From Chitinophaga pinensis (GTDB taxonomy: Bacteria; Bacteroidota; Bacteroidia; Palsa-965), in the NCBI GenBank assembly GCA_943372645.1, contig CALRZN010000018.1, positions 27,771 to 91,770 of the forward strand: a stretch of 64,000 nt of DNA, given 5' to 3'. The translations under genes and the position numbers were made by a program. A model generated the notes under the pieces. The model was given only the letters and a program-made list of their open reading frames with translations, was not told where the DNA came from and did not search any database. Of this stretch, positions 1-8,018 are shown piece by piece (within the stretch, counting starts at the first letter, position 1; every line of letters starts with the position of its first letter).

Positions 1-624
1 GTGGTGCGCGAAGATCCCGTGAATCCCGACCTGCTGTTTGTAGGAACGGATAACGGGGTGTACATCAGCTTCGATCGTGGCAAATCGTTTATGCGCATGA
101 CCGGCAGCCTGCCCGCAGTGGCCGTGCACGACATGGTAATACAGCCCCGCGAACACGACCTGGTAATTGCCACGCACGGGCGCTCTATCTGGATTGCAAA
201 CATCGCTGCGCTGGAAAACATGACACCGGCTATTTTGCAAAGCACATTTGCCGTGCAGGAACCGGAAGTAACCACACGCAAGGCATTTAACATGTTCGGC
301 AACTTTGTGAAAGATCCGTACGCATCAGGAACGTACATTACCAGCACGCCTGGTGTTTGCAGCATACGCCTGCTTTCTGCAAACGGGTTGCTGCTTGCAG
401 AAATGAAAGACACTGCAGAAGTTGGACTCAATTTCATGGAGATGCAGTTGCACATTGACAAAGACCGTTTGGCCGCATACACCGAAAGCCTCGGCGACAA
501 AAAAGAACAGCTGAACATTTCCGATCCGGAATACCTGGTACCGCTGGATGGCACATACGAACTGGAGTTTGTGATGCCGGGGCAGGCGGCGGTGCGGAAG
601 AAGGTGATTATTGGCAGGAAGTAA
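1..624 (+). CDS. C-terminal part of a BNR/Asp-box (sortilin/VPS10-like) beta-propeller protein; the 5' end lies outside the window
   Basis: The ORF is open from the window edge. Motifs DLLFVGTDNGVYISFDRGKSF and QPREHDLVIATHGRSIWIANI match the last propeller blades of Bacteroidota sortilin-type 'glycosyl hydrolase BNR repeat' proteins. Confidence 0.7.
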   Translation: MVREDPVNPDLLFVGTDNGVYISFDRGKSFMRMTGSLPAVAVHDMVIQPREHDLVIATHGRSIWIANIAALENMTPAILQSTFAVQEPEVTTRKAFNMFGNFVKDPYASGTYITSTPGVCSIRLLSANGLLLAEMKDTAEVGLNFMEMQLHIDKDRLAAYTESLGDKKEQLNISDPEYLVPLDGTYELEFVMPGQAAVRKKVIIGRK

Positions 625-634
625 GTTAGGTGTG

Positions 635-2008
635 TTATTCGGTTTTCAGCCAGAGCAATTCACCATTACTGTTGAAGTAAACATCGGGAACAAGTGAATC
701 TGCGGCGCTCTTCCTGTAACAGGCTATCGTGTGGCCATAAACAAGTATTTCGCCAAACTCAAACGGTACGAGGGTTTTTCCTTCAGCCGAAACAACACCC
801 CAGCGTTGCTGCTTGCGTGCCAGTATCAGTCCTTGCCCGCAATCTCTTAGTTCGTCAAAAACAGCAGGTGTTTTATTTTCAAGCGAAAGAGTAAATATGG
901 CCCATCGTTCTTCCCGGGCTGCAAGTAATACATTCGATGTTCCCGGAAGGACATGGCGGTACGAAGTGAATTCAAAATCACTTATTAGTTTTCCTTCAGT
1001 ATTCAATAACGCATACTTCCCGTTTTGTTTTACCCATGCGTACCCGTTTTCAAATGCAGAGGCATCATCGTAAACAGGAGTAATTACAAACCTTCCCGTG
1101 GTATCAATAAAGCCCCACCTGTTATCTTTTTTAGCGGGTATAATCCAGTGATTTTCAGAAAACCCCGGCGAAACAATGGAGTCTAATAAAACAGCTGCTA
1201 TTCGTATGTTTAAACAGGAGTCAATAAATCCCAGTTTAGCATTTCTGGTAAATGGTGCCCAATCGTTATTTTTAACAGGGAAATGAAAAGTGGAAAAACC
1301 TGCTCCGAAGTAGTCTTTTCCTTGAGCATCAATAACAAAAGTCATGTTGTCCCGTCTTACTGAAGCCAGCAACAATTTGTTGTGCAGTCCAAATTCAAGG
1401 GCATTATCGTAAATGGGTGAAATCACAAAAATGCCGTCATTATCGATGAAGCCGTACTTCCCGTTTAATTTAACTGCGGCTAATCCATGTTTAAAAGATC
1501 CGGCATGTTCGTATTGAGCTTTAATTACAATCTCCCCTTTTTTATCCAGGTATCCCCATTTCCTGTTGTTATCAGAAAATGGTGTCGGTAAATCAGAAAC
1601 AGTAAAATCACCTGTTACGAGTTCTATGTTTTTTCCAGGGAAAAGGATAAACTGCCCATCTGCATTTACTTCACCTGCTTTGTGTTTTCGTTCTGCACGT
1701 GTAACAATTCCAGGCTTATGATAATAAATGAAATTGTACCTGAAAGGAAGTACAGTCTTCCCGGCAGAATCAATAACACCCCACCGGTTTTTATTGTTTT
1801 TTACAATAACCTCGTCGGTGGCCGCAGGACTTCCGTAGCGGTACACAGGTTTAATACAGATATGGCCGTTGCTGTCTATATACCCGAATTTTCCGTTTTC
1901 GCTGATGATAAAAAGATTTTGATTTTGTGCCCGCAGGAGTGGCAGCAACTGCCACGTACCTGCGAGCATCAGAATCAATAACAGGATGCGTTTTTCCCGG
2001 CGTTTCAC
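635..2008 (-). CDS. WG (KWG) repeat-containing secreted protein
   Basis: There are many copies of the WG repeat: GKFGYIDSNG, NRWGVIDSAGK, RKWGYLDKKGE, GKYGFIDNDG, NRWGFIDTTGR, QRWGVVSAEGK. Only GTG starts are available (2062 or 2008). GTG at 2008 gives a KRREKR + hydrophobic signal peptide ending RAQ. Confidence 0.8.
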   Translation of the reverse strand: MKRREKRILLLILMLAGTWQLLPLLRAQNQNLFIISENGKFGYIDSNGHICIKPVYRYGSPAATDEVIVKNNKNRWGVIDSAGKTVLPFRYNFIYYHKPGIVTRAERKHKAGEVNADGQFILFPGKNIELVTGDFTVSDLPTPFSDNNRKWGYLDKKGEIVIKAQYEHAGSFKHGLAAVKLNGKYGFIDNDGIFVISPIYDNALEFGLHNKLLLASVRRDNMTFVIDAQGKDYFGAGFSTFHFPVKNNDWAPFTRNAKLGFIDSCLNIRIAAVLLDSIVSPGFSENHWIIPAKKDNRWGFIDTTGRFVITPVYDDASAFENGYAWVKQNGKYALLNTEGKLISDFEFTSYRHVLPGTSNVLLAAREERWAIFTLSLENKTPAVFDELRDCGQGLILARKQQRWGVVSAEGKTLVPFEFGEILVYGHTIACYRKSAADSLVPDVYFNSNGELLWLKTE

Positions 2009-2157
2009 AAAGTGAATATACCGGAAATTAATTATTGTACAACGGGATATTTGTCTTTCCACATACCGTATGATTTTTCAAAATACGAATACAGGTTTGG
2101 ACGTAATGCTGAAAAACGCTAACAAAATCACTTTTCATATCTGTACAACAATATAAA

Positions 2158-2868
2158 CTACTTCAACCCCATTTTTTCTGCTAATACCGAGGTTGCCGAA
2201 TCCAAAGGGGTATAACGATAAATTTCATACCGTTTTTCGGGTTTGCCAGGCTGCTGTTTCAATCCGGTAATTATATACAGGTAACTCTCAAAACTTCCGG
2301 TTTTTTTGGATAATTGAACAGGTTGTTCCCAAAAACGGTATGTAGTTAAAGAATTGCGAATGCTGTAACTGGTCTTCATGTTCATTAACTGTCTGTTTAC
2401 AATGCATGCTGGTTTCCCCCCAATAAGCTGGTACTTTTTATAGGTTAAAATAAGCCGTTCATTTGCAAGTGCAATCCGAATGATTGCATCATTTCGGCCG
2501 CGCATGCCAAAAGTCGGAACCCGGTGAATCCGGATTACCTCGTTCGCCGAATCAATTTCCAGTTTTTCAGGTTCAGCGAGCAATTTATAGGAAGAAGCAA
2601 TAACCATGTCCGCTGCAGAATTATTTTGGCTGATAATGGAAGAATCGATCGATTTCAGATCAATGTAAAGTGTATCAACGTGGACATATTCCGAAGCAGG
2701 TTTTGCCGGATTGTTACAGCCGGATAAATCGAATGTTGAAACAGCAGCAAGAGCCGCAAACATAAAAAAGAAAATGGTTTTATGGAGCGATGTGCCTGTT
2801 GGGGTCTTTAACAGTTTTTTCAAGAGCAGATACAAACAGTTTTGCAATGTCGTTAGAAGCCTGTTCAT
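2158..2868 (-). CDS. hypothetical lipoprotein (last gene of a four-gene operon)
   Basis: Lipobox-like FAALAAVSTFDLSGC is present. ATG at 2868 lies 3 nt after the stop of the upstream gene (2872-2874). I recognise no family. Confidence 0.6.
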   Translation of the reverse strand: MNRLLTTLQNCLYLLLKKLLKTPTGTSLHKTIFFFMFAALAAVSTFDLSGCNNPAKPASEYVHVDTLYIDLKSIDSSIISQNNSAADMVIASSYKLLAEPEKLEIDSANEVIRIHRVPTFGMRGRNDAIIRIALANERLILTYKKYQLIGGKPACIVNRQLMNMKTSYSIRNSLTTYRFWEQPVQLSKKTGSFESYLYIITGLKQQPGKPEKRYEIYRYTPLDSATSVLAEKMGLK

Positions 2869-2871
2869 CAC

Positions 2872-3678
2872 TTAGCGATATTCAAAAAGAACTACTCCCT
2901 GGTTTTTTAAAATCGCCTGGTCAGGTAAACTGGTGTCAATGTAACGATAGTTTACATCGTAATTATAATCCATAAGTAAATCACCGGTTCCGCGGCTCTC
3001 CGTGAGTTTACCGGATTCGTCATAAGACAGTATTCCCGGGTTACCCAGATCATTCATCGCGGTTATTCGGACCAGTTGATTTTGTGAATTGTAGTTGTAT
3101 AAAACAGTTGTTGTATCAGGCTGGCCGGGTGTGTGCACATTTATCTGGCGGATGCGATGCAGCGAGTCGTATTGCAATTCACAAACCAGGAATGGTTTTG
3201 TCTGCACAGTTTTTTTCCTTTTCCGATGCAGTGAATCAAAGGAGCATACTTCGTACGATTGAAGTACTGTTCCGCCCGAATCATAATGAAAAACATAATT
3301 ATACCCGGATGTTTTTTTGGAGGATACCCAGCGCACCAGTTTTTTCTTGATCGGTTTTCCTTTGGAATTGTAGTATGTTACTTCCCGGATACCACCGTAA
3401 ACATTGTATTCCTTTTTCAGAACAGGATTACCACCCGCATCAAAAAAAAACTCAGAATACAGGATACGTTTTAAGCCTGCACCCGCTATTTTCGAGGTGT
3501 CATAATTACGTATAAATGACTGCTGGGGAAGCAGCCAGCCGGTTTGCCGGGTAATGCCAGCTTCCCGGACATGTTCCGGTGTGTAAATCACACAATCGTC
3601 AATATCCGGGAGCTGGGCACAAAGTATTGCCGGGATGAGTTGCAGTAGAAAAGAAACAAGTATAGCTGCTTTTTGCAT
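2872..3678 (-). CDS. hypothetical secreted protein with YD/RHS-like beta-hairpin repeats
   Basis: Signal peptide MQKAAILVSFLLQLIPAILCAQ. Repeated Y-D/Y-N hairpin-like motifs: FHYDSGGTVLQSY, LQYDSLHRIRQI, YNYNSQNQLVRIT, SYDESGKLTES. Its start lies 12 nt after the stop of the upstream gene. Confidence 0.6.
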   Translation of the reverse strand: MQKAAILVSFLLQLIPAILCAQLPDIDDCVIYTPEHVREAGITRQTGWLLPQQSFIRNYDTSKIAGAGLKRILYSEFFFDAGGNPVLKKEYNVYGGIREVTYYNSKGKPIKKKLVRWVSSKKTSGYNYVFHYDSGGTVLQSYEVCSFDSLHRKRKKTVQTKPFLVCELQYDSLHRIRQINVHTPGQPDTTTVLYNYNSQNQLVRITAMNDLGNPGILSYDESGKLTESRGTGDLLMDYNYDVNYRYIDTSLPDQAILKNQGVVLFEYR

Positions 3679-3690
3679 CCCTAAAGTTAC

Positions 3691-4863
3691 TTATTCTAAT
3701 CCATATAACTTGGATACATCCGGTCGTTCTATGATATTGTATAAGCCGGGGGCTTCTCCGCCAACAATATCATTAGCATAAGGATTCGGATATAACGGAT
3801 CCGGATTTTTTTTCAAGTCTTTCTGCATTTTGATTTCATTAACAGCAAGCGGATTTTCATCCAGAAAACGTTTGTATTCTTTAATCAATTCATCAACTAG
3901 TTTTTCAGCCGACATTGGTTCATCAAAGGGATGTCCTCTGAACATGTGTTTTCCGCCAACCTTTCCCATATACAACACGAATTCCGCATTCCAGGCATCA
4001 CCTTTCATGTTGCCAAAATTCATGAAGTGTCCACGATCTCCGGGAATCAGTTCATCGTACGATTCAATTTTCTTTTCTTTTTTATCTGTTGTATCGGCAG
4101 TCAGATCATTCAGGTTAGCATCCCTGTGTTTTTTGGTTCCGTGCTCACTTTGCCTTTTTAACGGCTCAATCAGCAGCTCTTTTGTTTTGTAAAGTTCATT
4201 GAAAGCGGTTTCTCCGAGTTCTCTTTTTACGGTTATAAACTCCAATACTGCAAGTGCCGTAGAGCAGTCAACACGGAGATTGTTCTTTGGGTCAACAAGC
4301 GCCTCTATAGCAAGAGCAGGATTCAGATTTTCATTTGTTGAGAGGTCTTTCTTTAATCTGAACCCAGGGTTTACCTTGTCAGCAATTACCTCCCAGTAAG
4401 CAGTTGCATCTGTACTCCATTGTCCAAAACCGGGAATATCTTTTATTGTGGTTTGCATCAGTTTTACGGTTGTAAGACGGTAACGGATTTCCTTTTTCAT
4501 TGTATCCGCATCTTTATACCGGAACGTGTCATTGCTTTTTTCCATGGCACTGAGTATTTCCAACCCCTGTATTGCATCATAGCCGGCAACCGATAATTCT
4601 TTACGGAAATCCTCTCTGAATGTATCGTCGGGCTCAAATGATTCATATTCATCGGTAGTTCCGGCTTTTTTAATTTCAATGCCGGGGTTTTTGGTGTTTA
4701 CTTCGAGCGTGGTTTTTGCCGATTCCTGCTCATTTACTGAAACCGGATCAGTTTCGTTTTCAAAACCCATCTGCTGCATCCGTTCATCTTCCGAAACAAA
4801 AGTTTCCGTTTCCTGGTTCTCAAATCCGCCGGCCATCGCGCCGCGCTGTTCTTGCTTAAACAT
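3691..4863 (-). CDS. hypothetical cytoplasmic protein: acidic disordered N-terminus plus a globular region with a Cys...His motif layout (possible papain-like/NlpC-P60/transglutaminase-like fold)
   Basis: No signal peptide. The first ~90 aa are E/D/Q-rich. Motifs are RVDCSTALAVLEF (Cys200, codon 4264-4266), IPGDRGHFMNF and EFVLYMGKVGGKHMFRGHP. The fold assignment is only an impression. Confidence 0.65.
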   Translation of the reverse strand: MFKQEQRGAMAGGFENQETETFVSEDERMQQMGFENETDPVSVNEQESAKTTLEVNTKNPGIEIKKAGTTDEYESFEPDDTFREDFRKELSVAGYDAIQGLEILSAMEKSNDTFRYKDADTMKKEIRYRLTTVKLMQTTIKDIPGFGQWSTDATAYWEVIADKVNPGFRLKKDLSTNENLNPALAIEALVDPKNNLRVDCSTALAVLEFITVKRELGETAFNELYKTKELLIEPLKRQSEHGTKKHRDANLNDLTADTTDKKEKKIESYDELIPGDRGHFMNFGNMKGDAWNAEFVLYMGKVGGKHMFRGHPFDEPMSAEKLVDELIKEYKRFLDENPLAVNEIKMQKDLKKNPDPLYPNPYANDIVGGEAPGLYNIIERPDVSKLYGLE

Positions 4864-4888
4864 GTTTTTATTTTTTAGAGGTTAATAC

Positions 4889-5479
4889 TTATTTAATCGG
4901 AAATAATTCCGCAATCACTTCCTGCTGCACACCAATAAGCCCGCTGTAGGCTGGTTCGCCGGCGTTTTCAGGCGCGATGTACAGTTTGCCGTCGCGCAGC
5001 AGCTGCCATTCGTTGGACTGCAGTGCATGAATGAGCGCAAGGCGTTTTTCGAGGTTCGTATCAGCCACCAGCCACAGCCAGGTGAGTCCGGCGGGCAATA
5101 TGTCGCTGTAACGTTGCGTGCGGCTGCCACCCGCCCAGTGCGGTATAAGGCGCTCGCCCCGCGACGAAAAAAACACGGAATATACGCCCGGGTGAAAATG
5201 CGTGCCCAGGCCCAGCGCCAGCAGCAGCCGGGCTTCGGGGCTGGTCATGTTGTTTTGCAGCAGCAGTTTGCCCAGCACCGATTCCGGATCGTGCGCGGGT
5301 GGCAGCAGGTCGGTGAAATCCGTGTAGGTAGGCGAACTGATTTTGCGCGTCAGCGGATCGGTTTCGTAATACGGCGTTCGGATATGCTGGCTGACACGGA
5401 ATTTGATCACGCGTTCGAGCCAGTTCAGTTCATGAATAAGCGGTGCTGCCGCAGCAGGTGCAGATAAGGTGGATGTCAT
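4889..5479 (-). CDS. stand-alone protein resembling the N-terminal (pre-AAA+) region of Afp15/Pvc15-type ATPases; no Walker motifs, so possibly a truncated remnant
   Basis: Motif series: HELNWLERVIKFRV, LLPPAHDP, EARLLLALGLGTHFHPGV, GG..., LPAGLTWLWLVADTNLEKRL, GEPAYSGLIG. As I recall it, this matches the N-domain of Bacteroidota 'ATP-binding protein' genes linked to contractile injection system or DUF4157 loci. The ORF stops after 196 aa, before any P-loop. Confidence 0.5.
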   Translation of the reverse strand: MTSTLSAPAAAAPLIHELNWLERVIKFRVSQHIRTPYYETDPLTRKISSPTYTDFTDLLPPAHDPESVLGKLLLQNNMTSPEARLLLALGLGTHFHPGVYSVFFSSRGERLIPHWAGGSRTQRYSDILPAGLTWLWLVADTNLEKRLALIHALQSNEWQLLRDGKLYIAPENAGEPAYSGLIGVQQEVIAELFPIK

Positions 5480-5690
5480 TACAGGGTTACTTTAAGGGTT
5501 ATTAAAAAGCTAAAAAAGCGGGTTATTTCAAATCGTTACTTACTTACTTACAAATTACACCTCTAAAATACACAAAATCAGCCGCACCCGCAAACAAAAG
5601 TTTCCAACAACCGGCCTTTTTTGAAAATATTTAACCCGGGAATAGGGGGGAAGCCCCGGCCGGTTGTCTTTCTGCTATAAAACAACAATT

Positions 5691-6440
5691 ATGACACATT
5701 TAAACGCCGCTCCCAGCATCCGCCCCTTCCTGTTTATCATCGGGCTTTTGTTCCTTATTGCATCCTTTACTTCGTGCCGCCGCGATAACCTGTTCGGCAT
5801 ACGGGGCAATGGTGCAGCCATTACTGAAACACGTACACTTGCCGCATTCGATGGTGTGGACGTAAGCATTGATGCCGACGTGATACTGCACACCGATTCC
5901 GTTTACCACGTTGAGATTACAGCACAACCGAATGTACTTGATGTGATCAGTACCAAAGTAAAAGGCAATTCCCTCTGCATCGGTTTTTCACGCGAGGTAT
6001 GTAAGCACGATGGTATTACGGTTCATGTGTATGCACCCACGTATGTGCAGGCCGATCTTTCCGGTTCGGGAGCAATCACATCTGCTGACAGCTTAAACGT
6101 AAACGGATTCAAAATCAACGTGAGCGGATCGGGCAACGTTTCGGTAAGCAAACTGCGGGCGGTGCATGTTACTGCCAACATCAGCGGCAGCGGCGATGTG
6201 ATGCTGCATGGCACAGCACAACTGCTCGAAAGCGACATCAGCGGCAGCGGTGAACTGAATGCCTTCGGATTTCCGGTGCTCAACGGTGAAGCAACCATTT
6301 CAGGATCGGGCTACATGGAAATCAATGCGACGCAATCCATTACCGGAAGCATTTCCGGCAGCGGCACCATTTATTACAAAAACAATCCGGCCATTACCGT
6401 TTCTGTTTCCGGAAGCGGGCGCCTGGTGCATGTGCAGTAA
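5691..6440 (+). CDS. DUF2807 / head GIN domain-containing protein (putative auto-transporter adhesin head-like)
   Basis: Repeated beta-helix rungs: LSGSGAITS, VSGSGNVSV, ISGSGDVML, ISGSGELNA, ISGSGYMEI, ISGSGTIYY, VSGSGRLV. There is an N-terminal membrane/signal segment. ATG at 5691; the ORF-track start at 5664 is TTG. Confidence 0.8.
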   Translation: MTHLNAAPSIRPFLFIIGLLFLIASFTSCRRDNLFGIRGNGAAITETRTLAAFDGVDVSIDADVILHTDSVYHVEITAQPNVLDVISTKVKGNSLCIGFSREVCKHDGITVHVYAPTYVQADLSGSGAITSADSLNVNGFKINVSGSGNVSVSKLRAVHVTANISGSGDVMLHGTAQLLESDISGSGELNAFGFPVLNGEATISGSGYMEINATQSITGSISGSGTIYYKNNPAITVSVSGSGRLVHVQ

Positions 6441-6452
6441 ATTATATGAAAC

Positions 6453-7343
6453 TCAGCCGTTGGGGCGGTTGTAGCGGCTGTCTTTTTTATCGCGTTTGTT
6501 GCGGGCATCCACATCTTCCACGTATTCCCATTTGCCTTTGCGGAACCGGTAACCGTCATAACTCATGGAACTCACCAGGAACTGCGGCGGCGGGTTGCGC
6601 ATACCATCAAACTCGGGCTGCAGAAAATCATAAATAATCATGTTGCGTTCCGTATCCCAGCGCAGTGTCATCGTCATCTCCGCTTTGTATTCAAAAATAA
6701 TGCGGTGCTGGTTGCGTTTTCCTTTTTCAAAAATGGGGTCGCCGAACTGCGGTGTGCCATCCTGGCGGAAATAAAGCACATCAATAATTTTTTTCCAGCT
6801 CACGTTGTTGTTGCCGTCCCAGCCCAGCAGCGTGTAGTATTTTTTCTTCTTCCAGCTTGTTTCAATGATTTTGTAATACAACGCACCGTACCATTTTTCA
6901 GGGGTGAGAATGGCGTTTTCTGCACCACGTATTTCTGCACTTTTGTTTTGCAGTTTATAGATTTTGGTGGTGTTTTTCTTTTCGTCTTTCACCTGGATAA
7001 ATCCGAAATAACCGTAGGTGCCGTCTTCCTTCACAATGTTCCAGTTAAAAATGCGGAACCGGTTATCTTCCGCGCGCAGCCGTGCCATAAAGGGCAGTGA
7101 ATCGAAGTTAAATTCGTAGGCATCGGGTGCATTCATCGCTTCTTCCAGCAGGTCGGCATACTGGCGGTTGAGTGCCGCGCGGTCCTTGTCGGCAAGCTGC
7201 TTTTTCGAAAACAGTTTGTTCCCCACCTTCCGCAACGAATCCTGGTAAGCCGGCAGCGAAAGCGTTTTCGCAGGCGAAGCATGGGCCACCGTTGCAACAA
7301 ACAAAAAAACAAACACACTAAAAATCAGTTTCCGGTTCATCAT
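6453..7343 (-). CDS. hypothetical secreted protein
   Basis: ORF of about 300 aa with signal peptide MMNRKLIFSVFVFLFVATVAHA. Several in-frame ATGs lie between 7340 and 7361. I recognise no family. Confidence 0.65.
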   Translation of the reverse strand: MMNRKLIFSVFVFLFVATVAHASPAKTLSLPAYQDSLRKVGNKLFSKKQLADKDRAALNRQYADLLEEAMNAPDAYEFNFDSLPFMARLRAEDNRFRIFNWNIVKEDGTYGYFGFIQVKDEKKNTTKIYKLQNKSAEIRGAENAILTPEKWYGALYYKIIETSWKKKKYYTLLGWDGNNNVSWKKIIDVLYFRQDGTPQFGDPIFEKGKRNQHRIIFEYKAEMTMTLRWDTERNMIIYDFLQPEFDGMRNPPPQFLVSSMSYDGYRFRKGKWEYVEDVDARNKRDKKDSRYNRPNG

Positions 7344-7418
7344 ACACTGCATAAAACGCATCCTCCACGAAATTAGTATAATAAACAGCGTACAACAAAA
7401 GTGCCAGCATATAAAAAA

Positions 7419-7557
7419 GTGGCAGTTGGCAGTGGCAGTTGGCAGTCGCCGTTATACCAAAAAAAAGCCGGGCAAAACCCGGCAAGAATTTTTTAAGCGC
7501 TTTGCGCTTAAAAAAATGATAGGAAAAGGACTGCCAGTGCCAACTGCCCCTGCCACT
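7419..7557. repeat. Imperfect long inverted repeat built from GGCAGT(T) units, enclosing two short perfect hairpins
   Basis: The left arm is agtggcagttggcagtggcagttggcagtc (7419-7447). The right arm is gactgccagtgccaactgcccctgccact (7529-7557). Inside are gccggg/cccggc (7467-7483) and ttaagcgc/gcgcttaa (7493-7511). Confidence 0.6.
7459..7483 (-). terminator. Probable rho-independent terminator of the ferredoxin gene
   Basis: Read on the minus strand: a gccggg-tttt-gcccggc hairpin followed by a T9 run (A-run 7459-7466 on the plus strand). Confidence 0.5.
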
Positions 7558-7593
7558 GGTAAAGGAATAACGCCGAAGGCGTATCACTCGATC

Positions 7594-7941
7594 CTACAAG
7601 TGCAACGACGCTTTTTTCGCCAGCAGTTCTTCCTTGCTTTCGCGGTTGTCTTCATCATCCACGCAGCAATCTACCGGGCATACGGCCGCGCACTGCGGTT
7701 CGTCGTGGAATCCCACACACTCGGTGCATTTATCGGTTACGATGTAGTATACATCCATACTCACCGGGGTTTGCGGGTCTTCCGCATCGGCGTTCATGCC
7801 GCTTTTGGAGGTAAACAGGCCTTTCAGGGCTGTTCCGTCAGAAAAACGCCACTCGGCACCGCCTTCATAAATTGCGTTATTCGGACATTCCGGTTCACAG
7901 GCACCACAATTGATGCATTCGTCTGTTATTTTAATAGCCAT
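7594..7941 (-). CDS. 2x[4Fe-4S] ferredoxin
   Basis: Starts [27 protein letters not shown] and carries a second cluster motif, [25 protein letters not shown] at 7941. Confidence 0.9.
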   Translation of the reverse strand: MAIKITDECINCGACEPECPNNAIYEGGAEWRFSDGTALKGLFTSKSGMNADAEDPQTPVSMDVYYIVTDKCTECVGFHDEPQCAAVCPVDCCVDDEDNRESKEELLAKKASLHL

Positions 7942-7977
7942 AATGCTGTTGTTCTTATTAGTTTTGCAAACGCGGGG

Positions 7978-7985
7978 CAAAATTA
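7978..7985 (-). promoter_or_regulatory. Candidate Bacteroidota -7 box (TAATTTTG) upstream of the ferredoxin gene
   Basis: The minus strand reads TAATTTTG, matching the TAnnTTTG consensus, 36 nt upstream of the ATG. I found no convincing -33 TTG. Confidence 0.35.
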
Positions 7986-8018
7986 CAAAGAATCAACATC
8001 CCTGCTTCGATTTTGTTT

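Noticed and set aside
5607-5667. 10-bp inverted repeat acaaccggcc / ggccggttgt with a 41-nt loop in the leader of the DUF2807 gene. I considered a riboswitch or attenuator.
   Set aside because: I recognise no riboswitch core. The long loop makes a stable hairpin doubtful, and it may simply overlap the promoter. It is not reportable without conservation data.
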